NCBI GenBank assembly: GCA_040755755.1
Contig: JBFLZW010000072.1
Location: 12,574 to 76,573, forward strand
DNA from: a bacterium
Lineage (GTDB): Bacteria; SZUA-182; DTGQ01
DNA length: 64,000 bases
Direction of reading: 5' to 3'
Of the stretch, positions 8,378 through 16,877 are shown in pieces. A program made the translations under genes and the position numbers. Below the pieces are notes generated by a model. The model saw nothing but the letters and a program-made list of their open reading frames with translations. It was not told where the DNA came from and ran no database searches. The number at the start of each line of letters is the position of its first letter. Positions within the stretch are counted from its first letter, which is position 1.

Positions 8378-9016
8378 CTAGATTGCCCATCGAATCAGTT
8401 TTCTTTCCTCTAAGAATGCCTTGACCGCAACTTTCAGTTCTTTCTTCTGTTTTAACTCCCCGATGGCCTCATTGGAGACCTTGCCGCCAAGCTTATTGAT
8501 CAGCCTGGGAAGGACCGGGAAGCGGTTCAGGACATCGCGTCGCGCTACACAAACCGCCTGATTCGGAATACCCTTCAGCTCTTCGGGGACATGAGGAAGG
8601 ATAGCCGGATTGTCGTAACCGAAGGGTTTCAGCCAGATCAGAGAAAACCGCTTGTCAGACAGGTGCTTAACTGTGGAGTAAGCCTTATCGGGAGTTTCGA
8701 TCCGGGCTTTTTCACCACCGAGAACAGTCAGCAGGCCAGAGCAGACATAATCCACATAGAGATCCAGCTCCTGCTTTTTGATAGCCTCCCGGCACTCATC
8801 CAGGGTTTTGAACTGGACAATATTTACCTTTGTGCCCGTGCTCTCGCCGATCATCGTGGCCAGCATTTCAGCCATAACCTTCTGATCTTCGATATTCGCA
8901 ACTCCCAGAGAAAGAATACGGCCAACGCACGGGATTGCCTTTGGCGGCAGAAAGCCGGCCAGGAACATCATCAATACAGTGACACTCAAGATCCTTCTTC
9001 TCATTTCTCCCCTCAT
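8378..9016 (-). CDS. Small secreted substrate-binding protein, OpuAC (glycine-betaine-binding)-like
   Basis: 212 aa with a signal peptide. LGVANIEDQKVMAEMLATMI..ELDLYVDYV..FSLIWLKPFGYDN resembles the OpuAC fold. It is shorter than typical family members. Confidence 0.4.
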   Translation of the reverse strand: MRGEMRRRILSVTVLMMFLAGFLPPKAIPCVGRILSLGVANIEDQKVMAEMLATMIGESTGTKVNIVQFKTLDECREAIKKQELDLYVDYVCSGLLTVLGGEKARIETPDKAYSTVKHLSDKRFSLIWLKPFGYDNPAILPHVPEELKGIPNQAVCVARRDVLNRFPVLPRLINKLGGKVSNEAIGELKQKKELKVAVKAFLEERKLIRWAI

Positions 9017-9081
9017 CTCATTCTTCCTTTGATCATACGCTACGCAACCATCACTTCCTCAGACTCTCCCTTTGGATGCTG

Positions 9082-9151
9082 GAGGCAGTATTCAGTTGTC
9101 AGTTCTCAGTATTTACTGACCACTGACCACTGATCACTGGCCACTGGCCAC
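9082..9151. repeat. Composite heptamer array: degenerate (NNNTCAG)4 followed by reverse-orientation (TGRCCAC)5
   Basis: gaggcag tattcag ttgtcag ttctcag tatttac tgaccac tgaccac tgatcac tggccac tggccac, read directly. The right half is the reverse complement of the 8306-8336 type. Confidence 0.85.
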
Positions 9152-9166
9152 TTGCTTCTCCCTCTC

Positions 9167-11035
9167 CTAACCTCTGAGCTGCTTCAGCCAGTCAAAGTAA
9201 CTCACTAAGCCCTGGGAAATCCTGTCGCCAAAATGAGCAGTAATGGAGATAGGTATTTCCCTCTGAAATTTGACAGCTTCGCCAAACCGGACACCGTAGT
9301 GCTCTGCCACCTGGTTGGCCGCTGTCGTCCAATCTCCGGTTGAGCCATCGTGAGGCCCGGCCACAACGAGCAGGCTGTACCCGTCATCGCGGAAGGCATA
9401 AATGTCCTCGATCTCCTGGCTGGAAAAGGGACGGCTGTCTGCCTGCCCCGACAGTATCCACAGTTGCCCGTAGCCTTCCAGGGCTGATCTATCCAGGTTC
9501 GGCAGATCCTTGCGGGCAGCGAAGGTGACCTGAAATTCCCCCTCTTCAGTAAGAATCGCCTCCAGTCCTTCCCGGAAAGAATCGTTGGTCAGGCCACGAT
9601 CCACATAGGTGTTGTAAATCAGGATGCGGTTATTGTCCGGATGGATTGCAGTCTGTTTCAGCCAGCGGGCAATGTTTCTGATATACTGCTGATTTCCCTT
9701 CATGTGAAGAGACCCGTTGCGGAAACGGTTCCAACTGGCATCAAACACAATGCCGCTTCCTCCTTCCATATCCTCATACCAGGCAATAATAGGCTTTCGG
9801 TCCGGATCAACCGCCACCCGGACAGCTTCACCAGATTTGGAAATTATGGCCGACTCTCCACCGGCCAGAGCCGAGACTTTGGCCAGAATCGGACTGTTGG
9901 TATCGACATGGTTGATAAACAGCAGATTACCAAAGGTGTAGGCGAAAAATATCGTGCCCAGGATACTGATGCCCATATACAGGACAAAGACTCTCTTTCT
10001 AAACATGCTCCACAGCAGCGTCATGGCAGGAATGGCGGTTACCGGCCCGCCGATAAGGAAAGCCAGGGCGGCGCTGTTATCCATCGTTCCGGGCAAGGAT
10101 GCCTTGATATGATAGAGAATGCTCGAAGCACTGATCTGGTGTAAGAAAAGCGGTATACTGCCTACGGTTACCCAGATAACGCTTAAAGTTCCCCCGTGGC
10201 CGAACAGACTTTGAATGTAGGTATGAGGGATATACCTTTCCACCACGCAGCCGACGGCAATGCCCACCAGAACATATTTTCCGATCAGCCAGAACATCTC
10301 CGTAGTTTTGGCCAGAAAGATGATCAGCTTGTTTTTCGTTTTCCGGGCTATCCGGTTGCTCATCTTCTCATTGCAGGTGCAGCGAAGCCGCTCGTCAGGA
10401 TAGTCCGGATCATGAAAATCACCTTCCGGAATACCTCCGTCAAGGAATAAATCAGAGGCCTCAAATCCCAGTCTGCTGACGAGCAGGGTGACAACTCCAG
10501 CCAATACCCCCATCAGAAAGGCCACCAGGGTCCGGACAAGAGCCCAGTGCATTCCCAGGTCATTCAGCGTCAGGAAAAAGGTCGTCGGGCTCATCAGGGG
10601 TGATGAAATGAGAAGCGCCATGGCCGGTGCCAGAGGAAGACCGGCAGCGAGGAGAGCAACCACTGTGGTCAGGATGCCGCAGGAACATAAGGGGCTGAAG
10701 ACGCCAATAAAGGCAGCCAGAAAAATCCCGCTGTATTTATACCGGATCAGCACTTTCCGAAGCCGGATGTGGAATTTGTAAGTCCTGATATAGCCGGCAA
10801 TGATAATACCGATGAGAAAGTAAATAAATACTTCCTTAAGCTCCATCAATATTCCATGCCGGTCGATAATGAGAGACCAGAGCTCTTTTCCGAAGGAAAG
10901 AACCATCGACTGCCGGTGGTGAACCCAGACATGCCAGGTAACCAAAAGGAGTCCCATCAGGATCAGCGAGCCGAGTGTCCAGTTCACCGTTCTCTTTGTT
11001 TTGCCATGGAGCTCACAACTTTCCCTTTTGCTCAT
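9167..11035 (-). CDS. Predicted permease (ArsP_1/DUF318 family, CxCG motif) fused to a ~240-aa soluble C-terminal domain
   Basis: 622 aa. GVFSPLCSCGILTTVVALLAAGLPLAPAMALLISSPLMSP is the family hallmark. About 8 TM segments are followed by a hydrophilic domain (IRNIARWLKQ..ILIYNTY..LWILSGQAD..LLVVAGPHD). Confidence 0.55.
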   Translation of the reverse strand: MSKRESCELHGKTKRTVNWTLGSLILMGLLLVTWHVWVHHRQSMVLSFGKELWSLIIDRHGILMELKEVFIYFLIGIIIAGYIRTYKFHIRLRKVLIRYKYSGIFLAAFIGVFSPLCSCGILTTVVALLAAGLPLAPAMALLISSPLMSPTTFFLTLNDLGMHWALVRTLVAFLMGVLAGVVTLLVSRLGFEASDLFLDGGIPEGDFHDPDYPDERLRCTCNEKMSNRIARKTKNKLIIFLAKTTEMFWLIGKYVLVGIAVGCVVERYIPHTYIQSLFGHGGTLSVIWVTVGSIPLFLHQISASSILYHIKASLPGTMDNSAALAFLIGGPVTAIPAMTLLWSMFRKRVFVLYMGISILGTIFFAYTFGNLLFINHVDTNSPILAKVSALAGGESAIISKSGEAVRVAVDPDRKPIIAWYEDMEGGSGIVFDASWNRFRNGSLHMKGNQQYIRNIARWLKQTAIHPDNNRILIYNTYVDRGLTNDSFREGLEAILTEEGEFQVTFAARKDLPNLDRSALEGYGQLWILSGQADSRPFSSQEIEDIYAFRDDGYSLLVVAGPHDGSTGDWTTAANQVAEHYGVRFGEAVKFQREIPISITAHFGDRISQGLVSYFDWLKQLRG

Positions 11036-11313
11036 CTTGCCATCCTTACCATAAGTCCTGCTGAAGAATTAAAATGGTTATTAACCGCCCGAAGCCTGGA
11101 CGGTTGTCGATATTTCAAAGTTGAAGGTTTCATGGATAATAGACAAAGGAAAATCATTTTTCTTGCACTCTCACTCCCTAGCCATTAAATTAATCAGGAT
11201 ATGTACCAAGATAACCTTTGCTCAGAATCCACGGCAAATACAATCTTGGCTCTGTTTCCAGCAATTTTGGTGCCTGGTTCATGCTGCCGTAAAATCCTTG
11301 GAGCAGCAAGCCC

Positions 11314-11351
11314 GGGGATATACTACCCGGGGATATAGGGGATATACTATA
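11314..11351. repeat. Three direct GGGGATATA(CTA) iteron-like repeats
   Basis: ggggatatactac-cc-ggggatata-ggggatatactata, read directly inside the AT-rich gene desert. Confidence 0.7.
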
Positions 11352-12028
11352 TGACAATATGAGGAAGCAATATGATCTACCGGCTTATTGTCATGTAAGG
11401 AGCCCCTTTCCTGGCATCCTGATTTCAGGTTATCAGCTTTTCCCTTCACTATTTTAAATTATTGCAACACTGATGCCAAGAGGATAAGTTAATTTTTAGC
11501 CAATTTTATTCCGATGTATTTTTTGTCCCTTTTGTACTGATTATAACTGAATGTTTTAGGATAATTAAGCACCTGATACCCATATCTTCAAGATCATGGT
11601 TCTTAAAAATATTTATGGCCATAAAGTCACCATTGACGATTCCCTCCAGGCGGTAATTTTTTTGATCCCTGGGAGGAGTGGCTTATGAGTTATATTTTCC
11701 AGGTCATCAATTTTATGTTCTTTTCGACGTAGATACTACATAAATTTAGTACCTGCAAAGAATATTGATTTTTATATCTATCTTACCATATTTTATACTA
11801 TGGTATATATATCATTTATACGAGCGATTGAAGCCGACCTTTCCCTTGTAGTCAATTATCAATATATTTTATATAATATAAAAAATGGTTCAATAATTTC
11901 ATGGAAAAAATAAAGTTGATACAATGCATCATCATATGTAAAAATTTGCATAGTACGCAATTCCATCTGCCTCTGGCGCAAGACCTGGCAGCAGCAGTAA
12001 AAAAATGCCATTCCGGAAAACAAAATTC

Positions 12029-12057
12029 TTTACAAAGAAGGGGAGAGTGTGTATAAT
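12029..12057 (+). promoter_or_regulatory. Sigma70-type promoter for tRNA-Glu (TTTACA-17-TATAAT)
   Basis: -35 TTTACA at 12029-12034, a 17-nt spacer, then -10 TATAAT at 12052-12057. The -10 ends 28 nt upstream of the tRNA 5' end. Confidence 0.6.
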
Positions 12058-12085
12058 CTGCTCTTACATTTACTCAATAAGAAAA

Positions 12086-12160
12086 GTCCCCATCGTCTAG
12101 CCCGGTCAAGGACATCGCCCTTTCACGGCGGTAACGGGGGTTCGAATCCCCCTGGGGACG
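12086..12160 (+). tRNA. tRNA-Glu (anticodon UUC)
   Basis: GTCCCCATCGTCTAGCCCGGTCAAGGACATCGCCCTTTCACGGCGGTAACGGGGGTTCGAATCCCCCTGGGGACG. It has a 7-bp acceptor stem, a GGGGG/CCCCC T-stem with a TTCGAAT loop, and the anticodon loop CTTTCAC. It closely resembles bacterial tRNA-Glu. CCA is not encoded. Confidence 0.95.
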
Positions 12161-12427
12161 CCTTTGTGATATTTTTCAGATACCTCTTTTCTTTAACCTT
12201 TCCATCTCATTTCAACTCATTCGATACCAGGCAGGATTGTGCAGGGTGCTTCTCATGTGTGTAGAAATTTGCACACTGCCTTGAGATTTCCCCGGCGGTG
12301 AGATACGCAAGAGAAACCTCTGGATAAATTCCTCCCTTCCTGATAAAATGATCTTCTCCGGGAAAGTATTCCACAAGGCGACTTTCACCACAGAACCAGA
12401 CACAAGCTCAGGGACAAGACGACCATC

Positions 12428-13627
12428 ATGCCGATGAGAGCAAAAGCGCTTACTCCACAAGGGAAAAAACTTATTGCAGGAATTTTCTTCCTGGCATTTT
12501 CCCTCGCAGCCCGTGCGGGCACCAGCAGGGATATCTTTGTGCCGGAAGATTTTCCTACCATTCAGGAGGCCATTGAGGCTTCGGAATTCGGAGATTCAGT
12601 CCGGGTCAGGCCCGGCATTTACTATGAACGGGTTATTATCCGGGAAGGCATCTCACTGGTAAGCGACAGCGGACCTGAGGGCGAAAGACTGATCAAGGGC
12701 CCCGGTGAGAAGCAGGTCCTTCAGCGGGCACTCAAGACCATTATCGATGGATCCAAACTCGATCCTCCGGATTATCTGGTGAGCTTTCAAAAGGAAAGCA
12801 CCTCTCCGATGAAACTCGATGGCTTTACCATCCGCAACCTTCCGACCAGGACTATCGATAAGCTGTACCTCGTGGAGGTACGGGGCTGCTCTGCGGAGGT
12901 TATCAACAATATCGTCTGTCAGAACCACTCGAAGGGGAAGGGAGGGGGCATGCTTCTGACAGGATTAGGCCCTTCCATGGGTTCCCCTTTGGAAACTGTG
13001 GCCAAACCGACTGTTCGTAACAACGTTATCTATGATAACTTCGGTGCAGGTATTGCCAATGGACCAAACTCGATGGCTCTTATCGAGGATAATGAGATTT
13101 TCAACAATCATTTCCAGCAGGCCAAAGATACAGAACAGGATGCGCCTGGTATTGGTATCAGGGAATATGCCAGGCCCCGGATCATCCATAATCTCTGCTA
13201 TCAGAATGGGAGCGGGATTGGCGGGCTCGATCTGGTCACTCACGATCGGCCGATCGTGATCCAGGACAATATTATCCGCCACAACTGGCGGGCCGGGATC
13301 GGCCTGACCGGAATCAACGATCGGCAGAAAAATATTACCGTCTCAATAGAGGGAAATGAAGTGTACGGGAACCTCAAGGCTGGAGTACGGCTTGAAAGTA
13401 TTACCGAGTCTAACCTGAAAGCCAATCAGATTCACCATAACCTGAGAGCGGGCATAGCCGTGCATGGGGGAGGAATCACCCGGATCATCCAAAATACTAT
13501 CTCCGGAAATCTTTCCGCCGGCTTAGTCATAGATACCCGTGAAGCCCTGGTCAGGCACAATATGATTTACCATAACCTGACCACGGGCATTACGGTCCTG
13601 CCTCCGTCCGAGACCGTGGAGAAATAG
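12428..13627 (+). CDS. Secreted right-handed parallel beta-helix (PbH1/NosD-like) repeat protein
   Basis: 399 aa with a signal peptide. It has repeated ~22-aa units containing N..I..N...GI (NNVIYDNFGAGI, DNEIFNNH, IRHNWRAGIGL, GNEVYGNLKAGVRL, IHHNLRAGIAV, ISGNLSAGLVI). Confidence 0.65.
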   Translation: MPMRAKALTPQGKKLIAGIFFLAFSLAARAGTSRDIFVPEDFPTIQEAIEASEFGDSVRVRPGIYYERVIIREGISLVSDSGPEGERLIKGPGEKQVLQRALKTIIDGSKLDPPDYLVSFQKESTSPMKLDGFTIRNLPTRTIDKLYLVEVRGCSAEVINNIVCQNHSKGKGGGMLLTGLGPSMGSPLETVAKPTVRNNVIYDNFGAGIANGPNSMALIEDNEIFNNHFQQAKDTEQDAPGIGIREYARPRIIHNLCYQNGSGIGGLDLVTHDRPIVIQDNIIRHNWRAGIGLTGINDRQKNITVSIEGNEVYGNLKAGVRLESITESNLKANQIHHNLRAGIAVHGGGITRIIQNTISGNLSAGLVIDTREALVRHNMIYHNLTTGITVLPPSETVEK

Positions 13628-13630
13628 CCG

Positions 13631-14716
13631 ATGCTCATGAACAGAAGAGGGCTCATCTTCCTGCTTCCGGTCTGGCTCTGCTGGCTACTTTTCTCCTGTC
13701 AGAAAGCCCTGTTCAGGCAGCGGAACCTGTTCGTTCCGGATGAATTTCCCACCATCGAGAAGGCGGTGAAAAATTCAACCTCCGGAGATACCATTGTCGT
13801 CAGCCCGGGAAAGTATTCCATTTCCCCGGCAGGCATCCATATTACCCAAAAAAATCTGACTCTTCGTGCTGCTTCAGGTGCCCAGGAAACGGTTTTGACA
13901 GGAACGGGAGACAGACCGCTCATCTCATTCGGAAAGGAAAGTCAGGCCATCCTGGATGGTTTCACTCTCACCGTTTCAGCACCTGATCCCAATAAGCCCT
14001 GTCCACTCCACGGAGGGGGAATTTATTGTGCCCCTTACTCATCTCCCACCATTATCAATAATATCATCGTTAATCAAAAGGCTCAATTCGGAGGGGGAAT
14101 TTATTGTGCCCACTCCTCAGCTCCGAAAATCCTTCACAACACCATCGCCAATAATCAGGCCGGAGTCTGCGGGGGAGGAATATTTTCTTTCCATGCCTCT
14201 GCCAGGATCGTACAGAACCGGTTTTTCCGAAACACTGCCTGCTTTGGAGGAGCGATATTCTGTGATACCGACAGCTCGCTTATTCAAAACAACATCCTGG
14301 CCGAAAACAGAGCCTCGCATTCCGGCGGAGGATGCAGCCTGATCGATTCTGCGGCGGCTGTGATTAATAACACCTTATCCCGCAATACTGCCCTGTTCGG
14401 GGGAGGCATCTTCGGATCAGCCGGGGAATTTCAGCAGATCAATAATATCCTCTGGGCAAACCAGGACGACCTTTGCCTCGTCGATTTCAAGATGACATCC
14501 CGGCCCAGATTTTCCAACATTGCCGATGCCGATTATCTGGGGGTCAATGGGAACATTGCCCAGGACCCATTGTTCATCGACCCCAATCAGGGAGATTACC
14601 GGCTGAAAGCCCAATCCCCCTGCCGCCACAGCGGTGATCCGCAAAGTATATACCATGATCCCGATGGTTCCCGAAATACCATAGGCGCGTATGGCGGGCC
14701 GGAAGCTTTTCAATAA
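13631..14716 (+). CDS. Secreted right-handed parallel beta-helix repeat protein (GGGI[YF]C-type repeats)
   Basis: 361 aa with a signal/lipobox-like N-terminus (LLFSC). It has repeats GGGIYCA..INNII, GGGIYCAH..ILHNTI, GGGIFSF..IVQNRF, GGAIFCD..IQNNIL and GGGIFGS..INNILW. Confidence 0.65.
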   Translation: MLMNRRGLIFLLPVWLCWLLFSCQKALFRQRNLFVPDEFPTIEKAVKNSTSGDTIVVSPGKYSISPAGIHITQKNLTLRAASGAQETVLTGTGDRPLISFGKESQAILDGFTLTVSAPDPNKPCPLHGGGIYCAPYSSPTIINNIIVNQKAQFGGGIYCAHSSAPKILHNTIANNQAGVCGGGIFSFHASARIVQNRFFRNTACFGGAIFCDTDSSLIQNNILAENRASHSGGGCSLIDSAAAVINNTLSRNTALFGGGIFGSAGEFQQINNILWANQDDLCLVDFKMTSRPRFSNIADADYLGVNGNIAQDPLFIDPNQGDYRLKAQSPCRHSGDPQSIYHDPDGSRNTIGAYGGPEAFQ

Positions 14717-14753
14717 GGTAATCCTGGCCAGGTGAACCTGAAAGCCCGATTCG

Positions 14754-14788
14754 GGCAAAGAAGTCAGAAGGCAGAAGTCAGAATGGAT
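14754..14788. repeat. Heptamer run (AAGKCAG-type: ggcaaag aagtcag aaggcag aagtcag aatggat)
   Basis: Read directly. It has the same 7-nt period and ...CAG ending as the TGRTCAG arrays. Confidence 0.6.
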
Positions 14789-14919
14789 CGACAATGGGCT
14801 TCCAGATGTCACCGATACAACAGCCCGTCGTAGTTGTGAAGTTAACCCCTCGACTTCCTCTTTGGGGAAATTATTACTCTAGCGGTAAACAGAACCCTAC
14901 CCCTGTGGTTATAAGAGAG

Positions 14920-14949
14920 AACAGGCGGGGTCGGCGAACCCCGCCTGTT
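14920..14949. terminator. GC-rich hairpin between convergent genes (candidate bidirectional terminator)
   Basis: aacaggcgggg-tcggcgaa-ccccgcctgtt is a perfect 11-bp stem, with T-rich flanks on both strands. It lies between the 14716 (+) and 14976 (-) gene ends. Confidence 0.7.
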
Positions 14950-14975
14950 GAAATCTTCATTCTTCGCATATACTC

Positions 14976-16190
14976 TCAATAAAGCCGGTCGATAGGCCCG
15001 GTTAATTCCATGCCTCTGCCTTCGTAGCGGGCGGGTTTGCGGCCGAAGCAAAAGCCCATGGTTTCATAGAGGGCTACCATGTCCAGGTTAACATGCCGCT
15101 GCTTGATGACCTCCTCGGTTTTTTGATAAAGGATGGTCCTCCCTTTAACCCCGCAAATCGTCACTCCGGAGATTCCCTGCTTCAGCAGCAGCACCGCACC
15201 GGCCCCTGCTTCCTTGCCAAAGTTGACATCGTAGGATGAGGATTCACCGGACCGCACCAGGTGGCCGGGAGTGACGCTGCGGACTTCGGGTATCTCGTAA
15301 ACTCCCTCTACATACTGGCCGCTGTCCTGCATAAACTTTTTGATCCTGGGGTCAGTTTTCAGCCTTTTTTCCAGTTCCTGGCAGACGTATTTTGCCGCTC
15401 CGGCCAGTTTCTTGTGTCCGAAAGCGTCAACTCCGGCACTCTCGTCAACGATTTCTTTACCCGAAGCATCGGCCAGCCCCTCGGCCACGACAACGGTATA
15501 GGTTCCGGCCCTTACGTCATTTTCCAGGATGCGCCGGGTAAAGGTGGAAAACATATGCTGGTAGAGAATGTCAAAGTCTACCGGGATCTCCGGAATCAGG
15601 ATGGCGTCAGCTTCTGCAGCCACTCCGCCCCGGAAGGCGGTATGACCGGCATATCTGCCGAAAACCTCGGTGACGACAACCCGGTTATGGGTTCTGCCCG
15701 TGGTTTTGAGATCCTGCACAAACCGGCTGATCCGGTTGATAGTCGAATCTCCCCCCACGGAGTAACTCTGCAAGTCCAGGTCCATGGTCTTTGGCGCATG
15801 GATGCAGGAGATACCCTTTCCCGCCAGGTCCACCAGCACGCTGCCGGTATCATCTCCTCCACTGATAACCAGAGCGTCGATTCCAAAGCGCTGCAGCCCC
15901 TGTTTTATCCGGTCATATTTGTCAGGATCCTTGATTTTTTTTATTTTTACCCGTGAATGGCCTGCCTCTGATCCGGCGGGATAGGCTTCGAATCGGTCCA
16001 GGCGGTTTGGGGTGAGCGTAACCAGGCTTTCGAAATTCACCAGGTTATAGAGTCCCGCATACCCATTCGGAACAATTACCGCCTCGATTCCCAGGGAATT
16101 AGCCATCTGGGCAGCACCTTTGACTACCGCGTTCAGGCCGCCACAATCACCACCACTCGTCAGAATGCCGATTTTCCTGATTTCAGCCAT
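14976..16190 (-). CDS. pfk: 6-phosphofructokinase (GGDDT-type, possibly PPi-dependent)
   Basis: 404 aa with IGILTSGGDCGGLNAVV, VISGGDDTGS and PKTMDLDL (cf. PKTIDND). Confidence 0.8.
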   Translation of the reverse strand: MAEIRKIGILTSGGDCGGLNAVVKGAAQMANSLGIEAVIVPNGYAGLYNLVNFESLVTLTPNRLDRFEAYPAGSEAGHSRVKIKKIKDPDKYDRIKQGLQRFGIDALVISGGDDTGSVLVDLAGKGISCIHAPKTMDLDLQSYSVGGDSTINRISRFVQDLKTTGRTHNRVVVTEVFGRYAGHTAFRGGVAAEADAILIPEIPVDFDILYQHMFSTFTRRILENDVRAGTYTVVVAEGLADASGKEIVDESAGVDAFGHKKLAGAAKYVCQELEKRLKTDPRIKKFMQDSGQYVEGVYEIPEVRSVTPGHLVRSGESSSYDVNFGKEAGAGAVLLLKQGISGVTICGVKGRTILYQKTEEVIKQRHVNLDMVALYETMGFCFGRKPARYEGRGMELTGPIDRLY

Positions 16191-16332
16191 GCTTTTTCTC
16201 CTTTTTTGCCAACGATAAAATAATAACTGCCGGGAAATACCGACTATGAAATTGGGTGATTAGGGTAAAAGTTTGACGATCAGCGAATAAATACTGTGCT
16301 GCTGTTACAGCACAATACATACTGTGCCGTTG

Positions 16333-16764
16333 CTAAAGCACCTGGATAATCTGTGGCATAAAACGTTCTGTTGATTTTCGGCGGCGGTCGAAAAACCGGA
16401 TGCCGAAAAAAATTCCAGCCATGACACTCAGCCCGGCCACGGCAGCGAAAAGCTCCGATGCCCGGTCGGACACAACAGGGGTCACAAGCGCCTTTCCGGC
16501 GATGGATCCCAAAATAAGCCCTGCCAGGGGGAGGAGATAGAGCAAAAACGATGCAGCCAGGACCGACCCAGGGGCGACAGACAATTGCACGCGCTGGCCG
16601 ACCCTGGCCCCGGCACTGTTGCGGGCTTTGACGATTATCGTCTGATCAGGCCCGATGTGACAGAATCCCGCCGACGGGCAGTGCGCACAACCAGCGCTGC
16701 GTACAACCCTGACCAGGGCATAGGGTCCCTCAACTGATGTTACCATTCCTTCCTCGGCAGACAT
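16333..16764 (-). CDS. rseC: RseC/MucC-family (SoxR-reducing system) membrane protein
   Basis: 143 aa with an N-terminal beta domain carrying Cys (VRSAGCAHCPSAGFCH), followed by two TM helices. Confidence 0.65.
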   Translation of the reverse strand: MSAEEGMVTSVEGPYALVRVVRSAGCAHCPSAGFCHIGPDQTIIVKARNSAGARVGQRVQLSVAPGSVLAASFLLYLLPLAGLILGSIAGKALVTPVVSDRASELFAAVAGLSVMAGIFFGIRFFDRRRKSTERFMPQIIQVL

Positions 16765-16800
16765 CTTTTACTCCTGAGAACCTGCCCACCCATGAGCTTT

Positions 16801-16868
16801 TCTCTGTGCCTCTGTGTCTTGAGTGGTGTCCTTTGTATTTGTTTTTGTTTTTATTTTTGTTTTTGAGG
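16801..16868. repeat. CACAGAG-octamer core plus A-rich hexamer microsatellite (minus-strand sense)
   Basis: The minus strand reads (AAAAAC/AAAAAT)n-AAAGGACACCACTCAAGACACAGAGGCACAGAGAAAAGC, immediately upstream of the rseC start. A near-identical core is at 40057-40110. Confidence 0.8.
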
Positions 16869-16877
16869 ACATCCTCC

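Noticed and set aside
12049-12264. 71-aa plus-strand ORF
   Set aside because: It reads straight through the tRNA-Glu gene and its promoter, so it is spurious.
12086-14716. Intact genomic island integrated at tRNA-Glu
   Set aside because: No integrase, excisionase or direct repeat of the tRNA 3' end could be found nearby. Only an AT-rich scar upstream is reported as a finding.
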